Origin: Spirochaetales bacterium
GTDB taxonomy: Bacteria > Spirochaetota > Spirochaetia > JABEVK01
Direction: 5' to 3'
DNA length: 64,000 nt
Assembly: GCA_037142615.1 (NCBI GenBank)
Contig: JBAXAI010000009.1
Location: 32,001-96,000 of the forward strand
In this document: piece by piece, positions 17,767 to 27,815 of the stretch
Layout of the letters: each line of letters opens with the position of its first letter
Position numbering within the stretch: the first letter of the stretch is position 1
Translations under genes and position numbers: made by a program
Notes under the pieces: model-generated
What the model saw: only the letters and a program-made list of their open reading frames with translations
Database searches by the model: none
Told to the model about the DNA's origin: nothing

Positions 17767-19871
17767 GGGCGGGCCTCCTTGCCGGGCTTCAGGCTGTAGG
17801 TGTCGTCGCGGTAGTCAAGCACGAGTACCGACCCGTCGTCGAAGGTTTCGGTGACAACGGGCCCGGCTTCTTCGACGCGGCTGACCAGCGCGCGGGTTTG
17901 CACCAGGTCGAGCGCGGGAGCAATCCAGGCCAGGGCCTCTTTCAGGGGGCCCTTCCAGTCCGACCACGAACTGCTGAACAGACGCAGGGCACTCATCTCG
18001 AGTTTCCAGGTTGGCTCGGCGGTAAAATAGACGCTCGGCCCGAGCCCGAAGTCGACCATGCGCAACAGGTCGTGCGGCAGGTCTGGTGAGTAGTTTAGGT
18101 CGCCTCCGTACAGGGCCACCAACCCGTGGAGCAGGTTGGGAATAAACGGAACACTGGCCCCGCCCCAGCGCAGACCGGAAGACCAGGCCGGAAAGCCGAT
18201 GATCGAGCGCACCGTCGGTAGGGCCCATTGGGCAGGATCCAGCAGGGTCAGCTCGGCACCGCTGGACTGAACCAAGTTTTGCAGCAGGGCCCGGCGCTCC
18301 TCGAGGGCCCTGACGCGGCCGCCGCCACCTGAGTTTCCCCAACCGCTCAGGAGGCTCCCCTCGTCCCAGAGTGCGACACCGGCTCCGGTCGCCCTTGCAA
18401 ACGGAGCAAAGGCCCGAGCTTTCTCGGCCATGGCGGGCGGCGAGAGCAAAGTGAGAGCGGGGCGTTCGCCCTGGAAGTCAAACCGCAGGGCCGTCGTGTT
18501 GTACCGAAGGGCCGGGTCGGTCCAAAGATTCCAGCCGGGGTTGCCGTCGGTGGCCAACATCACGCTCCCAGCCAACTGAACCACGGGCACCTTCTTTTTC
18601 AGGTCGGCGACCAACTTGGCAAGCCCGTCGGCGGTGCCGGCAAAGCCCTTGCCCACTTGATTGGTGGCAGGCTGTCCCCAACCCTCGCCGCCATTCTGCC
18701 ACCCGGCGAGTACGATTTGCCCGGGGGCGCGGGCGAAGGTAGAGGCCTCGTCCACCAGGGCCCGGGCCTGCGCAGCTGTGGTCATCACGATTTCGCCGCG
18801 ACCAACGAGTTGCCCGGTCGAGGCCGCGCCCAGGAGGGTTAGGTTCCAGGAGGCGGGCCGTGTATCGATCTTCTGCACACCCGAGGCAAGCCAGGCCTTT
18901 CGCACGCGCTGGGCGAGTCCGAGCCAAGTGGCCTGTTCGCCGGCAACAAAGCGATACAGCACCGAAAGATCCGTCTTCTGGCGCTCAACAGGCACTACCG
19001 TGATTCCGGCGCCGGTTCGTGCGGTTGGCTGAACGTAGGGCTTGCGGACCTGAAAGCTGGCCGTCAACCACGTGAACCCCGTCGTCACTCCGGCAGGCCA
19101 GGCTTGGATGGAGGCGAGCTCGCCGCCGGAAACCAGTTCAGCAACCCAAGCCGCTTTGTGCTCTTCGCGGACAAGACCATACACCGGCCACTGAACCCTG
19201 TCCCAACTGTTCCAGCTCGGCTCGGTGCCGTCGGCCATATCGACGCCCCACACAGGCTTGACCCAGGCCTCGCTTCCCGTCGGGGCTTTTTCCCGGAAAG
19301 GAACCAGCGTCCCGGGGCCATCGGGAAGAACCAGATAGCCCTTCGGGTCGGCGCCCTTGGCGGCTCCGAGGAAGGGGTAAAGCCAGACGCGGGCGAGCCG
19401 GTTGTCGCCGCCGTCGCGCACACCGTTCGCGGGAACCCGCACCAAAATACCGTCGTCGGCCACGGTAACCTCGACGTCGAGCTCGATGCCGCTCTGCGCG
19501 AACTTGACGGTGCCTCGGGCCCCACCGGGAAGTTCGGTCACACTGACCACGGACCCCTCGGTGGCGGCGCTGGCCCTACGGGTCACAACTGCGGCCTTGG
19601 GGTACCAGTCGATCGAGACGCCGCTCTTGGCAAATCCGGCCCAGGCGTCGTTCAGGTCAGCCAACTGAGCTTCGGGAGGCGCAGAGTTCCAGAGAACCCG
19701 GTTGCGGCTGTCAGTGACCTGGATGGACAGGTCCACAGGGCTCATGCGAAGGGTCAGGGGTTGGGCCGACAGCCCGAAGGAAAGCAAGAAGAGACCTGCG
19801 GTGAGGGCTGCCGGAAAGCCGGACCGGCAGGACTTTTGGCACTGGCGGGACTGGCGACTAGCGTCTCGCAT
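17763..19871 (-). CDS. Exported DUF5696-like protein of glycan ABC clusters
   Basis: Signal-like segment and motifs YPFLGA...GYLVLPDGPG, PVYGL, GWQNGG and VPFIPNLLHG. Its position between a YIP1 protein and permeases is typical of this family. Confidence 0.65.
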   Translation of the reverse strand: MRDASRQSRQCQKSCRSGFPAALTAGLFLLSFGLSAQPLTLRMSPVDLSIQVTDSRNRVLWNSAPPEAQLADLNDAWAGFAKSGVSIDWYPKAAVVTRRASAATEGSVVSVTELPGGARGTVKFAQSGIELDVEVTVADDGILVRVPANGVRDGGDNRLARVWLYPFLGAAKGADPKGYLVLPDGPGTLVPFREKAPTGSEAWVKPVWGVDMADGTEPSWNSWDRVQWPVYGLVREEHKAAWVAELVSGGELASIQAWPAGVTTGFTWLTASFQVRKPYVQPTARTGAGITVVPVERQKTDLSVLYRFVAGEQATWLGLAQRVRKAWLASGVQKIDTRPASWNLTLLGAASTGQLVGRGEIVMTTAAQARALVDEASTFARAPGQIVLAGWQNGGEGWGQPATNQVGKGFAGTADGLAKLVADLKKKVPVVQLAGSVMLATDGNPGWNLWTDPALRYNTTALRFDFQGERPALTLLSPPAMAEKARAFAPFARATGAGVALWDEGSLLSGWGNSGGGGRVRALEERRALLQNLVQSSGAELTLLDPAQWALPTVRSIIGFPAWSSGLRWGGASVPFIPNLLHGLVALYGGDLNYSPDLPHDLLRMVDFGLGPSVYFTAEPTWKLEMSALRLFSSSWSDWKGPLKEALAWIAPALDLVQTRALVSRVEEAGPVVTETFDDGSVLVLDYRDDTYSLKPGKEARP

Positions 19872-21912
19872 GGGCTTGTGCCTCCGAAAACAGGCTGGTG
19901 AGGAAGCCTGCAAGCTGGTCCCAAAGGACATAAAGAAAGCCGGCGACGAGGGCCAGGATGAGCGCCGCGAACACGGTGAGAAGCACATTCTTGACCATTT
20001 GCCGGAAACTGAAGCCGTGAAGTTCGGCCAGACCGGCAAGCCCCAGGCTCACGCTCCAGCCCCAGGCTGCGGCGGCACCGAAGTCGAGCAAAAAAGCCTC
20101 CTGAAGCGAAAGTGCGCGTGAAACGACAGCGAAAACGGGCCAACTTATGACGAGGGGAACCAGCGAAAGCGCCAACACCGACAGGACCTGCGTTCCTTTG
20201 CCGTTGCCAAAGTCGAGCGTCGAGACCAGCCAGTTCGCCAGTGCGACCACGACGACTGGCACGATCAGCACCAGCAATTCGGTGGTGAGGTTGAGCCACT
20301 CGAGGTCGGGACGGGCAAACAGCCAGCTTGCCAGCCAGTAACTGGCGAGGTGGAGAAGGGTCGCGCCAAGCAACACCAGCAACGCCGCCGTCGGGCCGAA
20401 CACCTGGTGGCGACGGATGGCCGTGGCACCGTCGAGCGGGTGCAGGGCGAACCAACCGACAAACTGCAACCGCAGGGTCAACTTCTCTTGCCAAGTGGTG
20501 CCCGTGCTCAACTGCCACGGAAGAATACGGCGGTACACGGGAATCTCGAGGCGGGGATGAGCCTTGCGGTGGCGCGAGGCGAACCATGACCACACGGACA
20601 AGACCAGCAGGAGTGTTCCGAAGGTAGGAGCCAGATATTGCCCGAACCAGCGGTCCCGCAGTTCCCGGAACGAGTCGGACCAACCCTGACGGCCGTTGCC
20701 GCGCTCAAACGAACCCAACGCGGTTTCGTAGTCACCCGCGAGGAACTGGCCGCGCGCGATGCCCTGATGCGCCAGGGCAAATAAGGCGTCACGGGCAAGA
20801 ACCTGTTCCCAGAGGCCCCGGCTTTCGAGGTATTTGCCCTGCTCGTGCAGGTCGAGGCCCTGGTACACGAGGCGGGCGAAGGCGGTCGGCACCGCGTGAA
20901 TGAGCAGGCCGCGCGCGTTATCGAGAAGGAGCAGGCTGCCGTCGGGCAAGGCTGCCAGACCGCTGGCCGACTTCACGCCACCGGCCAACTGCGGGTCGGC
21001 ACTCGCGCTGAAGCCGAAGATGATGTTGCCCTCGCGGTCGTGCACGGTGACGAAACCGCCGGCGTTGACGGTCAGGAGATGCCCCTGCGCGTCGGTGGCG
21101 ACGTCGGCCAAGGACTTGCTGCCGGTGTAACCGCTGGCCAAGAGGTTGGAGCCGGCGACGTTGAGCCGCCGAAGTCCGGCCTTATCACCCTTGGTAACGG
21201 TGAGGATGAGCCCTTCCTGATCCAGCGACAGGTTGTCCGGCGACGGTGGGACCGAGCTCAGCAACCGGGCCTGCTGTTCCTTGTTGAAAATCAACCGCTG
21301 AAAGAGAAGTTGTAAGTCGAGCTTGACCGGATTCACCCCGTAGTAACCTAAGAACTCGCCGACACTGGACAAGACCACCAGGCCGTTGCTTGAGCCCTGG
21401 CTCATGACGGTGACCGTGCCCTGATGGTCGACCACCAGTTTGCGGGGCTTGAACTCACGTTTCTCGCCAAAGAGTTTGGAGTCGGGTCGGCCTAACTGGA
21501 GAAGGCGCTCACCTTGCTGGGACCACGCCGAGACCGTGTCGTCGCCCGCGTCGGCCACCCACAAGCGTCCATCGGGGCCAAAGGCAACACCGGAGGGCTT
21601 TTGCAGCGTCCCTTCGCCGACGGTGACCCAGTTCCAGCCTGCTTCGGCGGGTGTGCCCAGTTGCAGGCGGCCGTTCCCGGTGTCGGCGACCAAAATGCGC
21701 CCCGCGGCGTCCGTGGCCACGTCTTCGGGGTCGGCCAGCCCCAGCGGAAGCTCGAGGTCGGGTGCAGGCAGGTAGGCGGTGGGACTGCCCACCCACCAGC
21801 CGAGGCGGCCGCTGGTCCAGGTCCACCACGGCGCGGTCTGCGCTGCGAGCGAGCCGCCCAACAGGAGGGCCAGTGCCAGCGCGCGGCCGGCCGCCCAATT
21901 CGGGCCCCTCAT
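19858..21912 (-). CDS. NHL-repeat beta-propeller + TPR + YIP1-like membrane domain protein
   Basis: NHL repeats (PEDVA...VADTGNGR; PSGVAFGPDGRLWVAD), TPR-like helices and a C-terminal multi-TM region starting at HPLDG. Confidence 0.75.
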   Translation of the reverse strand: MRGPNWAAGRALALALLLGGSLAAQTAPWWTWTSGRLGWWVGSPTAYLPAPDLELPLGLADPEDVATDAAGRILVADTGNGRLQLGTPAEAGWNWVTVGEGTLQKPSGVAFGPDGRLWVADAGDDTVSAWSQQGERLLQLGRPDSKLFGEKREFKPRKLVVDHQGTVTVMSQGSSNGLVVLSSVGEFLGYYGVNPVKLDLQLLFQRLIFNKEQQARLLSSVPPSPDNLSLDQEGLILTVTKGDKAGLRRLNVAGSNLLASGYTGSKSLADVATDAQGHLLTVNAGGFVTVHDREGNIIFGFSASADPQLAGGVKSASGLAALPDGSLLLLDNARGLLIHAVPTAFARLVYQGLDLHEQGKYLESRGLWEQVLARDALFALAHQGIARGQFLAGDYETALGSFERGNGRQGWSDSFRELRDRWFGQYLAPTFGTLLLVLSVWSWFASRHRKAHPRLEIPVYRRILPWQLSTGTTWQEKLTLRLQFVGWFALHPLDGATAIRRHQVFGPTAALLVLLGATLLHLASYWLASWLFARPDLEWLNLTTELLVLIVPVVVVALANWLVSTLDFGNGKGTQVLSVLALSLVPLVISWPVFAVVSRALSLQEAFLLDFGAAAAWGWSVSLGLAGLAELHGFSFRQMVKNVLLTVFAALILALVAGFLYVLWDQLAGFLTSLFSEAQAHARR

Positions 21913-22775
21913 TTGATCCCCGAGCGGGCCATGGTGTTCATCACGCGGCCCTGGAACACGATGAAGACGATGAGGTTGGGCACAAACATGAGCAGCGATG
22001 CGGCCGCGGCCATACCCTGCCCGGCCACGGTCGTTCCGCTCGAACTCGCCAGCGTACCCAAGTAGAACGCCAGAGTCTTGAGGTCTTCACCATCCACAAA
22101 CAACGAGCTGGTTTCGGCATTGTTCCACGCGGCCTGGAAGCTCAGGATGGCCACCGTCGACAACGCGGGAGCGACCAGCGGCACAATCACCTGAAAGAAA
22201 ATGCGCGCGTCGCCGGCGCCGTCGATGCGGGCGGCTTCGATGAGCTCGTCGGGCACTTGATCGACGAATTGCTTGATGAGGAACACCCCCACCGGCATGG
22301 CCAACAGCGGCAGGATGTGGGCGAACACCGTGTCGAGGATGCCCAGTTGGCTCATCACCAGGTAGCGTGGAATGGTCACCGCGATAGGCAGGAACATCAG
22401 GGCCAGGGTGTTGATCTCGAACAGCAGTGACCTGGCGCCGAACTTTTTCTTCGACAGCGCATACGCGGCCAGGCTGCCGGTGAGCACCGAGAGCACCACG
22501 ACACTCAGGCTCACCACGAGGCTGTTGGCCAGGTAGCGGCTGAAGGGAATACCTCCCTTATCGATTTGACCGAACAGGTCGCTGAAGTTCTGCAGCGTCG
22601 GATGCCCGGGGATGAACACCGGCGGAAAGGCGAACAGTTCGTCGAGCGGCTTGAACGCGTGGAACACGATGAACAGGATGGGCAACGCCATGAACAGCGC
22701 CAGCGGGAACAAAAACAGGTAGAGGGGAAGCTGCGCCTTGTGAAAACGTTCGGGGTTGAAGCGGGCGTGTTTCAT
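21909..22775 (-). CDS. Carbohydrate ABC transporter permease (MalG-like)
   Basis: VPDELIEAARIDGA and FQAAWN motifs, with 6 TM segments. Confidence 0.92.
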   Translation of the reverse strand: MKHARFNPERFHKAQLPLYLFLFPLALFMALPILFIVFHAFKPLDELFAFPPVFIPGHPTLQNFSDLFGQIDKGGIPFSRYLANSLVVSLSVVVLSVLTGSLAAYALSKKKFGARSLLFEINTLALMFLPIAVTIPRYLVMSQLGILDTVFAHILPLLAMPVGVFLIKQFVDQVPDELIEAARIDGAGDARIFFQVIVPLVAPALSTVAILSFQAAWNNAETSSLFVDGEDLKTLAFYLGTLASSSGTTVAGQGMAAAASLLMFVPNLIVFIVFQGRVMNTMARSGIK

Positions 22776-22777
22776 GC

Positions 22778-23668
22778 TCAGTCCTCCTTGTTCCCGAAGG
22801 TTTTCCAGGCCAGGCGGGCCACGATCCAGACGAGACCCAGCAGGACCACCGACACGGCAGCCGCGTAGCCCATCTCGTAGCGGAAGAAGCCGTAGTCCTC
22901 GATGTGGTTGACGATGAGCTGGCCGGCGTTCTGCGGCGTGGGGTTTTGACCCGACAATTGTACACCGATGGCGCCTGCCTGGAAGGTCCCGACGACAGCC
23001 ATGACGGCCCCGAAGAGCATCTGTGGCTGCATGCTCGGCAGCGTGATGTACACCGTCTCCTGAAAGCGGTTCTTGATTCCGTCGAGAGCGCCGGCCTCGT
23101 ACAACTGCGGATCAACATTGAGCACGCCGGCGAGCATCGCCAGAAACCCGACGCCCATGCTCCCCCAAATGGTCACAACCATCATGATGGGCATCAGGAA
23201 CAGGGGATTCGTGAGAAACTGCACAGGCTCGCGCAAGAGCCCGGCGTTGAGCAACAGGCTGTTGAGGTACCCCACCTGGTCGCCCGAGAACACGATGGAC
23301 CACACCACCGAGATGATGACGCCACCGGTCAGCGACGGCGCGTAGATGAACAGGCTGAGAATGGTGCGCGGGAGGCGCGGAACCTGAGCCAACGCCCAGG
23401 CCAGCACAAAGCTCAACAAATAGCCGCCGAGCCCTGCTACAATGGCGAACTGCAGTGTGTTGGGCAGTACGTTCTTCATGAAGGTCTCATCCTGCGTGAA
23501 CAGGCGAACGTAGTTGTCGAGACCGATGAAGCGCGGGGGTTGCAGCGTGTTGAACCACGTGAAGCTCAGCGCGATGGCCGCCAGCGTGGGAATCAAGATG
23601 AAAATGGCAAACAGGAGCCAGTAGGGTGCCAGCAGCACCAGCACGGTGGGGTCAAACTTCTTCTTCAT
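22778..23668 (-). CDS. Carbohydrate ABC transporter permease (MalF-like)
   Basis: [20 protein letters not shown] and EMGYAAA. ATGA-coupled start at 23668. Confidence 0.92.
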   Translation of the reverse strand: MKKKFDPTVLVLLAPYWLLFAIFILIPTLAAIALSFTWFNTLQPPRFIGLDNYVRLFTQDETFMKNVLPNTLQFAIVAGLGGYLLSFVLAWALAQVPRLPRTILSLFIYAPSLTGGVIISVVWSIVFSGDQVGYLNSLLLNAGLLREPVQFLTNPLFLMPIMMVVTIWGSMGVGFLAMLAGVLNVDPQLYEAGALDGIKNRFQETVYITLPSMQPQMLFGAVMAVVGTFQAGAIGVQLSGQNPTPQNAGQLIVNHIEDYGFFRYEMGYAAAVSVVLLGLVWIVARLAWKTFGNKED

Positions 23669-26442
23669 GGCGAGGTCCCCAAGAGAGTCTGGATGGTGTC
23701 GATGTCGGGCACGGGCCACGGTTTGGTGAGCTTGCCGTCGGCCGCGTAGCCAAACTCCGCCAACTTGCGCAGAATCTCGCGGTCGGCAGCGAGGGCTGCC
23801 TGGTCCACAGCTTCGCGGGGGTTGGTGCCGTTGAACACCATTTTGTTCCAGGCGTCGCTCATCTGCCGCTCGACCATGTAGGTGCCGGGCATTTTGGGGG
23901 CCTCGCGCAGCCACTTCCACTGGGCCAGGATGGCGGCCTTGTGGCTGGCGGGAATGGGGGTCTTTTCGAAGGCCTTGAGGTTGGCCGGGAACCACAGGTT
24001 GCTCAGGCCGTAGGTCGACAGCACGCGCTGCGAGTAGCGGGCCTGGGTGTCGCCCGAAAGCCACCATTGCAGAAACTTCCAGGCCGCGTCGGGGTGTTTG
24101 CTGCCCGAAAAGATCACCGCAGTGGCCCCGGAACCGGGGGCCCAGCGCTGCACGTTGCCCGAGGCGTCGGCTATGCCGGGCTGGGGAGCCAGGTCCCACG
24201 AGCCATTGAGCTCGGGAGCCGACCACAACAGCTGAACGTAGCTGGTCGCGTTACCAATGCCCAGCGGAATGCTGCCATCCTTGAAATGCTCGAAGAACAC
24301 CGGCACCTGCATGGGCAGGCTGTACAGCGTGAACATCTCGGCGAGGAAACGCAGGCCGGCGAGGGCTTCCTCGCTCCCGAGGTCTGTCCCCGAGCCGTCG
24401 GGTTTGTACAACCGGCCACCAGCTTGGTTCACGAAGGGCAGGGTCTGCGGAAAGCTTTTGAAGCCCGCGCCGCCGGCGATGGGCAGGTACACCTGGAGCC
24501 CGTTGCGGCGCAGGGTTGGCACCAGGTTCACAAGGTCTTTCCACGTGTCGGGGGGGTGCACGCCCAGCTTGCCCAGAATATCCTTGCGGTAGAAGGTGAG
24601 CCAAAAGTCCTGGGTTTCCGGGAAGGCGTACACCCCCTCACGCAGAACAAGGGGCAGGAACGACCCCGGCATGAACTCGCTGGCCAACTTCGAAAACCCA
24701 GGCTTGCCGCGCAGGTCGGTCAGCGCGCCGCGAAGGGCCAGCTCGAAGGGCAGCCAGTTGCTGAGCCCGAGTCCGACGTCGGGAACCCGGCCCGCCGCGT
24801 TGGCAAGGATGATCTTGCCTTCGTCGGGGATCAGCGAGATGCGAACCCCCAATTCGGGCACTTCCTCGTCGGCCATTTGCTGGATGAGCTCGGCCTGAGC
24901 GCGGGGGCGGTTCACCCACACCGACAGCGCGGCGCTGGCCGTGTCGCGGCGGTTGTACTCGGCCGGGGCGAACGACAGCCAGAAACGGCGTACTCCGTCG
25001 GACCAGCGCTCGAGCCAGTTCACCGAGCGCGGCGAGTTCGCCAGATAGCCGACGGGCGCCACCGTGATCAGGTCGAGGTCGAGCGCCTGATCCTCGAGCA
25101 GGGCGCGGGTGGCGGCCAGCATTCCCGATACCGAGCCGGAGCCTTCGGAAAGCCAACTTCGGCGGTACGGCAACTGGTCGCGCTCGAGGGCCAACTGGCG
25201 CAGGCGGTCGCTGGCGATGCGCAGGTTCACACCCTCGCGGGTTTCTCCTGCGGTGCCCACCGCGGCTGAGAGCTCTTTGCCGGCCGCTTGCAGCTCGTCG
25301 GCCCAAGCCACCAGCAACTCACCAGCACCCGGAAGGTAGTCGTCGAGCTTCCAGTCGCGCAGTTGGTCCTGGGTGTCGCCGGTGAGAGCGCGCAGTTGCA
25401 GGCCCAGGTCGCGGGTGGTGGCAAGCACCGTGTCGACCTTTGCCAGAACCCCTGCGAGCGGGGCGAGCGTCACGGTCAACTCGAGCGTGTGCGTTCCGGG
25501 TTCCAGCTCGAAGGCGAGCGGTTGGCCGGTGCTGTCCAGAAGGGGGGCCGACGTCCAGCTGGGCACCGCAGGCAGTCGCACCACGCCGTCGGTGGTCACC
25601 GGGCGGCCGTCGAGCCGGGCCAAGCGGAAGCTCGCTCCGTTCACCTTTCCCGTGATGCGGGAATGGAGCCAGATTTCCTGGGGTCCCGCGACGGCCGTGG
25701 TGAACTGCCACGTCAGCGACTGGCCGGCGGTCTTCCACTCGCGGCCACCGACGGCGTTGAGCAACAAGTGGTCGGTGTCGTAAGGCGACAGTTCGGGGTC
25801 ACGGAAGGTTTCGGACGCAACAGCCAAGTCGGAGGTGGCCAGGGCACGCTCCCCTTCCAGGTACGACGGCGAACCCTCGGCGTGTCGCTCACCGGCCGAA
25901 AGGCGCGGCCAAGGCTGAGCTGCCGGTTGAGGGACAGACCCCGTTACCACCATCCCCGAGCTGAGAGCCTCGACCCGGTATGACTTGGCTCCAGCAGGGG
26001 CCGAAAGCAGCAGGTCCAGGGTCCCATCGTTGAGCCTCAACTGCCGCGCGGTTTGAGTCGCGGCGGGGTGGCGGCGGGCGCGAAGGTCATTTCCAAAGCG
26101 GTCGGTGCGGGGGTCGGAGTCGAGAACAAACTCCAGCGGCACACGGCCTCGAAGTTCCGAAAGCACTTTGCCCGTGGCGTCGAGCCAAACAATGCTCACG
26201 AGTGCGGGGGGTGCGAAATTGGCGTCGAGTTCGAGGTCGACGGCAAGGCGAAAAGGCTGGCCTCCCTCGGTGGGCGAGGCCGGAGCGAGCGACGCCGCGA
26301 CCGAACCAACTCCCGGGGGAGACCAGGCAGATAGGGCCGACGCCTGCAGACGGCAGGTCGCCGGCAAAACAAATATCCCAAAGAGAAGGGCAAGCGCCCC
26401 GAGAACTCCAGCGACGACCTTGAACAGGTTCGGGTTTCTCAC
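23665..26442 (-). CDS. Large (925 aa) extracellular solute-binding protein with long N-terminal extension
   Basis: The C-terminal ~420 aa is a sugar SBP ([31 protein letters not shown]). The N-terminal part has a TM anchor, beta-sandwich-like segments and a helical region. Confidence 0.8.
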   Translation of the reverse strand: MRNPNLFKVVAGVLGALALLFGIFVLPATCRLQASALSAWSPPGVGSVAASLAPASPTEGGQPFRLAVDLELDANFAPPALVSIVWLDATGKVLSELRGRVPLEFVLDSDPRTDRFGNDLRARRHPAATQTARQLRLNDGTLDLLLSAPAGAKSYRVEALSSGMVVTGSVPQPAAQPWPRLSAGERHAEGSPSYLEGERALATSDLAVASETFRDPELSPYDTDHLLLNAVGGREWKTAGQSLTWQFTTAVAGPQEIWLHSRITGKVNGASFRLARLDGRPVTTDGVVRLPAVPSWTSAPLLDSTGQPLAFELEPGTHTLELTVTLAPLAGVLAKVDTVLATTRDLGLQLRALTGDTQDQLRDWKLDDYLPGAGELLVAWADELQAAGKELSAAVGTAGETREGVNLRIASDRLRQLALERDQLPYRRSWLSEGSGSVSGMLAATRALLEDQALDLDLITVAPVGYLANSPRSVNWLERWSDGVRRFWLSFAPAEYNRRDTASAALSVWVNRPRAQAELIQQMADEEVPELGVRISLIPDEGKIILANAAGRVPDVGLGLSNWLPFELALRGALTDLRGKPGFSKLASEFMPGSFLPLVLREGVYAFPETQDFWLTFYRKDILGKLGVHPPDTWKDLVNLVPTLRRNGLQVYLPIAGGAGFKSFPQTLPFVNQAGGRLYKPDGSGTDLGSEEALAGLRFLAEMFTLYSLPMQVPVFFEHFKDGSIPLGIGNATSYVQLLWSAPELNGSWDLAPQPGIADASGNVQRWAPGSGATAVIFSGSKHPDAAWKFLQWWLSGDTQARYSQRVLSTYGLSNLWFPANLKAFEKTPIPASHKAAILAQWKWLREAPKMPGTYMVERQMSDAWNKMVFNGTNPREAVDQAALAADREILRKLAEFGYAADGKLTKPWPVPDIDTIQTLLGTSP

Positions 26443-26457
26443 GGCGCTCTTCCCAAC

Positions 26458-27765
26458 TTACTTAATGAAACCGAGCTTGCGGGCGGCTTCCTTGTACTTG
26501 GTGTTCGACAGCGTGTTGAGCTCGTCGATCACGTCGGCCACTTTTACGTCACCGCGAACCGAGTTCCACAGCAGGTCGCCGATCTTTTGTCCGGCCTTGA
26601 CCTGGCCATCCCAGCGGGCGGGAATGTAACCGGGGAGCCATTTGAAGGCTTCGACGACGCCCTTGTCGAGAGTGGCGTAAAGGGCCTTCACACCGGGGAC
26701 GGTCTGCACTTTGAAGTACGCGTCGAGCACCGTCTTGTCGGTCACCATGGGCAGGGTGCTGGGCAGCGTATTGGCCTTGGCGGCGAGTTGCAGACGCTTC
26801 AGGAAGCCTTCTTTGCCCCAGCTCATCCATTTGGCGAACTCGTAGGCTTCGGCGGGGCGCTTGGTCCCGTTGGCGATGCCAACGTAGTCGTTGACGATGA
26901 TGGTGCGGCCACCAGGAACGCCGATGAAGTCCCAGTTGAACTTGGCGAGCTTGGTGATATCGGGAACGGCCCAGGTTCCGTCCCAGCGCAGGGCGATGTT
27001 GCCGTTGTTCCAGGCTTCGCCGTGCCAGCCACCGGGGAACTTGTCCTTGATGTCCTTGGGCTGGGCTTCCCAAACGGCGGGAGCGGTCCACAAGCTCTTG
27101 GCGAGCGCGATGCCTTCGAGGAACTCCTTGCTGTTCAGGTTGAACTTGCTGCCATCCCAGGTGAAGTAGCCCATCTTGGGGTTGGCCGCCGAGGCGTACC
27201 AGTCGACGATCTGGACTTCTTCGCTCAGGGGCAGCACGCCGCTGGCCGGTTGGTTGTAGTCCTTCATGATCTTGGTGAAGTCAGCAAGCTTCCACGCGGT
27301 GGTGGGGGCCTTGGCGTTCGCGCCTTCGAACACGTCCTTGTTCACAAAGTAGCCCATCATGTGCAGGGCGAACGGAACGGCGAAGGTCTTGCCGTTGTAG
27401 ACGGTGGCGCCGGAGACGACCTTGGGAAGGGTGCTGTACTCTTTGTCGGCCTTGGCGAGGGCGCTGATGTCCATCACCCAGTCGTTGGCCAAGGCCCCGG
27501 GGATAGTCTGGAGCATGAACACGTCGGGCAAGCCACCAGCAGCGGCGGCAGCGGCGAGGGCGGCGGGCCAGTCGCCCGTAATGCGGTCGTCAATCTTCAC
27601 CACGATGTTCGGGTGAGTTTCCATGAACGCAGCGATCATCTGCCGTTCGATGTTGTTTTCTTCGGCCGTTCCCAAGTTCCAGTTGGCGTACTTGAGCGTG
27701 ACCGTCTGAGCGGACAGACCAATGACCAGCATGGTCATGGCCAGAATTACCAGGAATTTCTTCAT
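26458..27765 (-). CDS. Sugar ABC transporter solute-binding protein
   Basis: GGAGG RBS, signal peptide MKKFLVILAMTMLVIGLSA, and motifs LPDVF, YNGKTFAVP, NKDVFE and AYEFAKWM. Strong codon bias suggests high expression. Confidence 0.92.
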   Translation of the reverse strand: MKKFLVILAMTMLVIGLSAQTVTLKYANWNLGTAEENNIERQMIAAFMETHPNIVVKIDDRITGDWPAALAAAAAAGGLPDVFMLQTIPGALANDWVMDISALAKADKEYSTLPKVVSGATVYNGKTFAVPFALHMMGYFVNKDVFEGANAKAPTTAWKLADFTKIMKDYNQPASGVLPLSEEVQIVDWYASAANPKMGYFTWDGSKFNLNSKEFLEGIALAKSLWTAPAVWEAQPKDIKDKFPGGWHGEAWNNGNIALRWDGTWAVPDITKLAKFNWDFIGVPGGRTIIVNDYVGIANGTKRPAEAYEFAKWMSWGKEGFLKRLQLAAKANTLPSTLPMVTDKTVLDAYFKVQTVPGVKALYATLDKGVVEAFKWLPGYIPARWDGQVKAGQKIGDLLWNSVRGDVKVADVIDELNTLSNTKYKEAARKLGFIK

Positions 27766-27815
27766 GGTTTCCTCCAAAAAATCGATTCCGGCAGTCCTAC
27801 GGACCACCACGGGGT

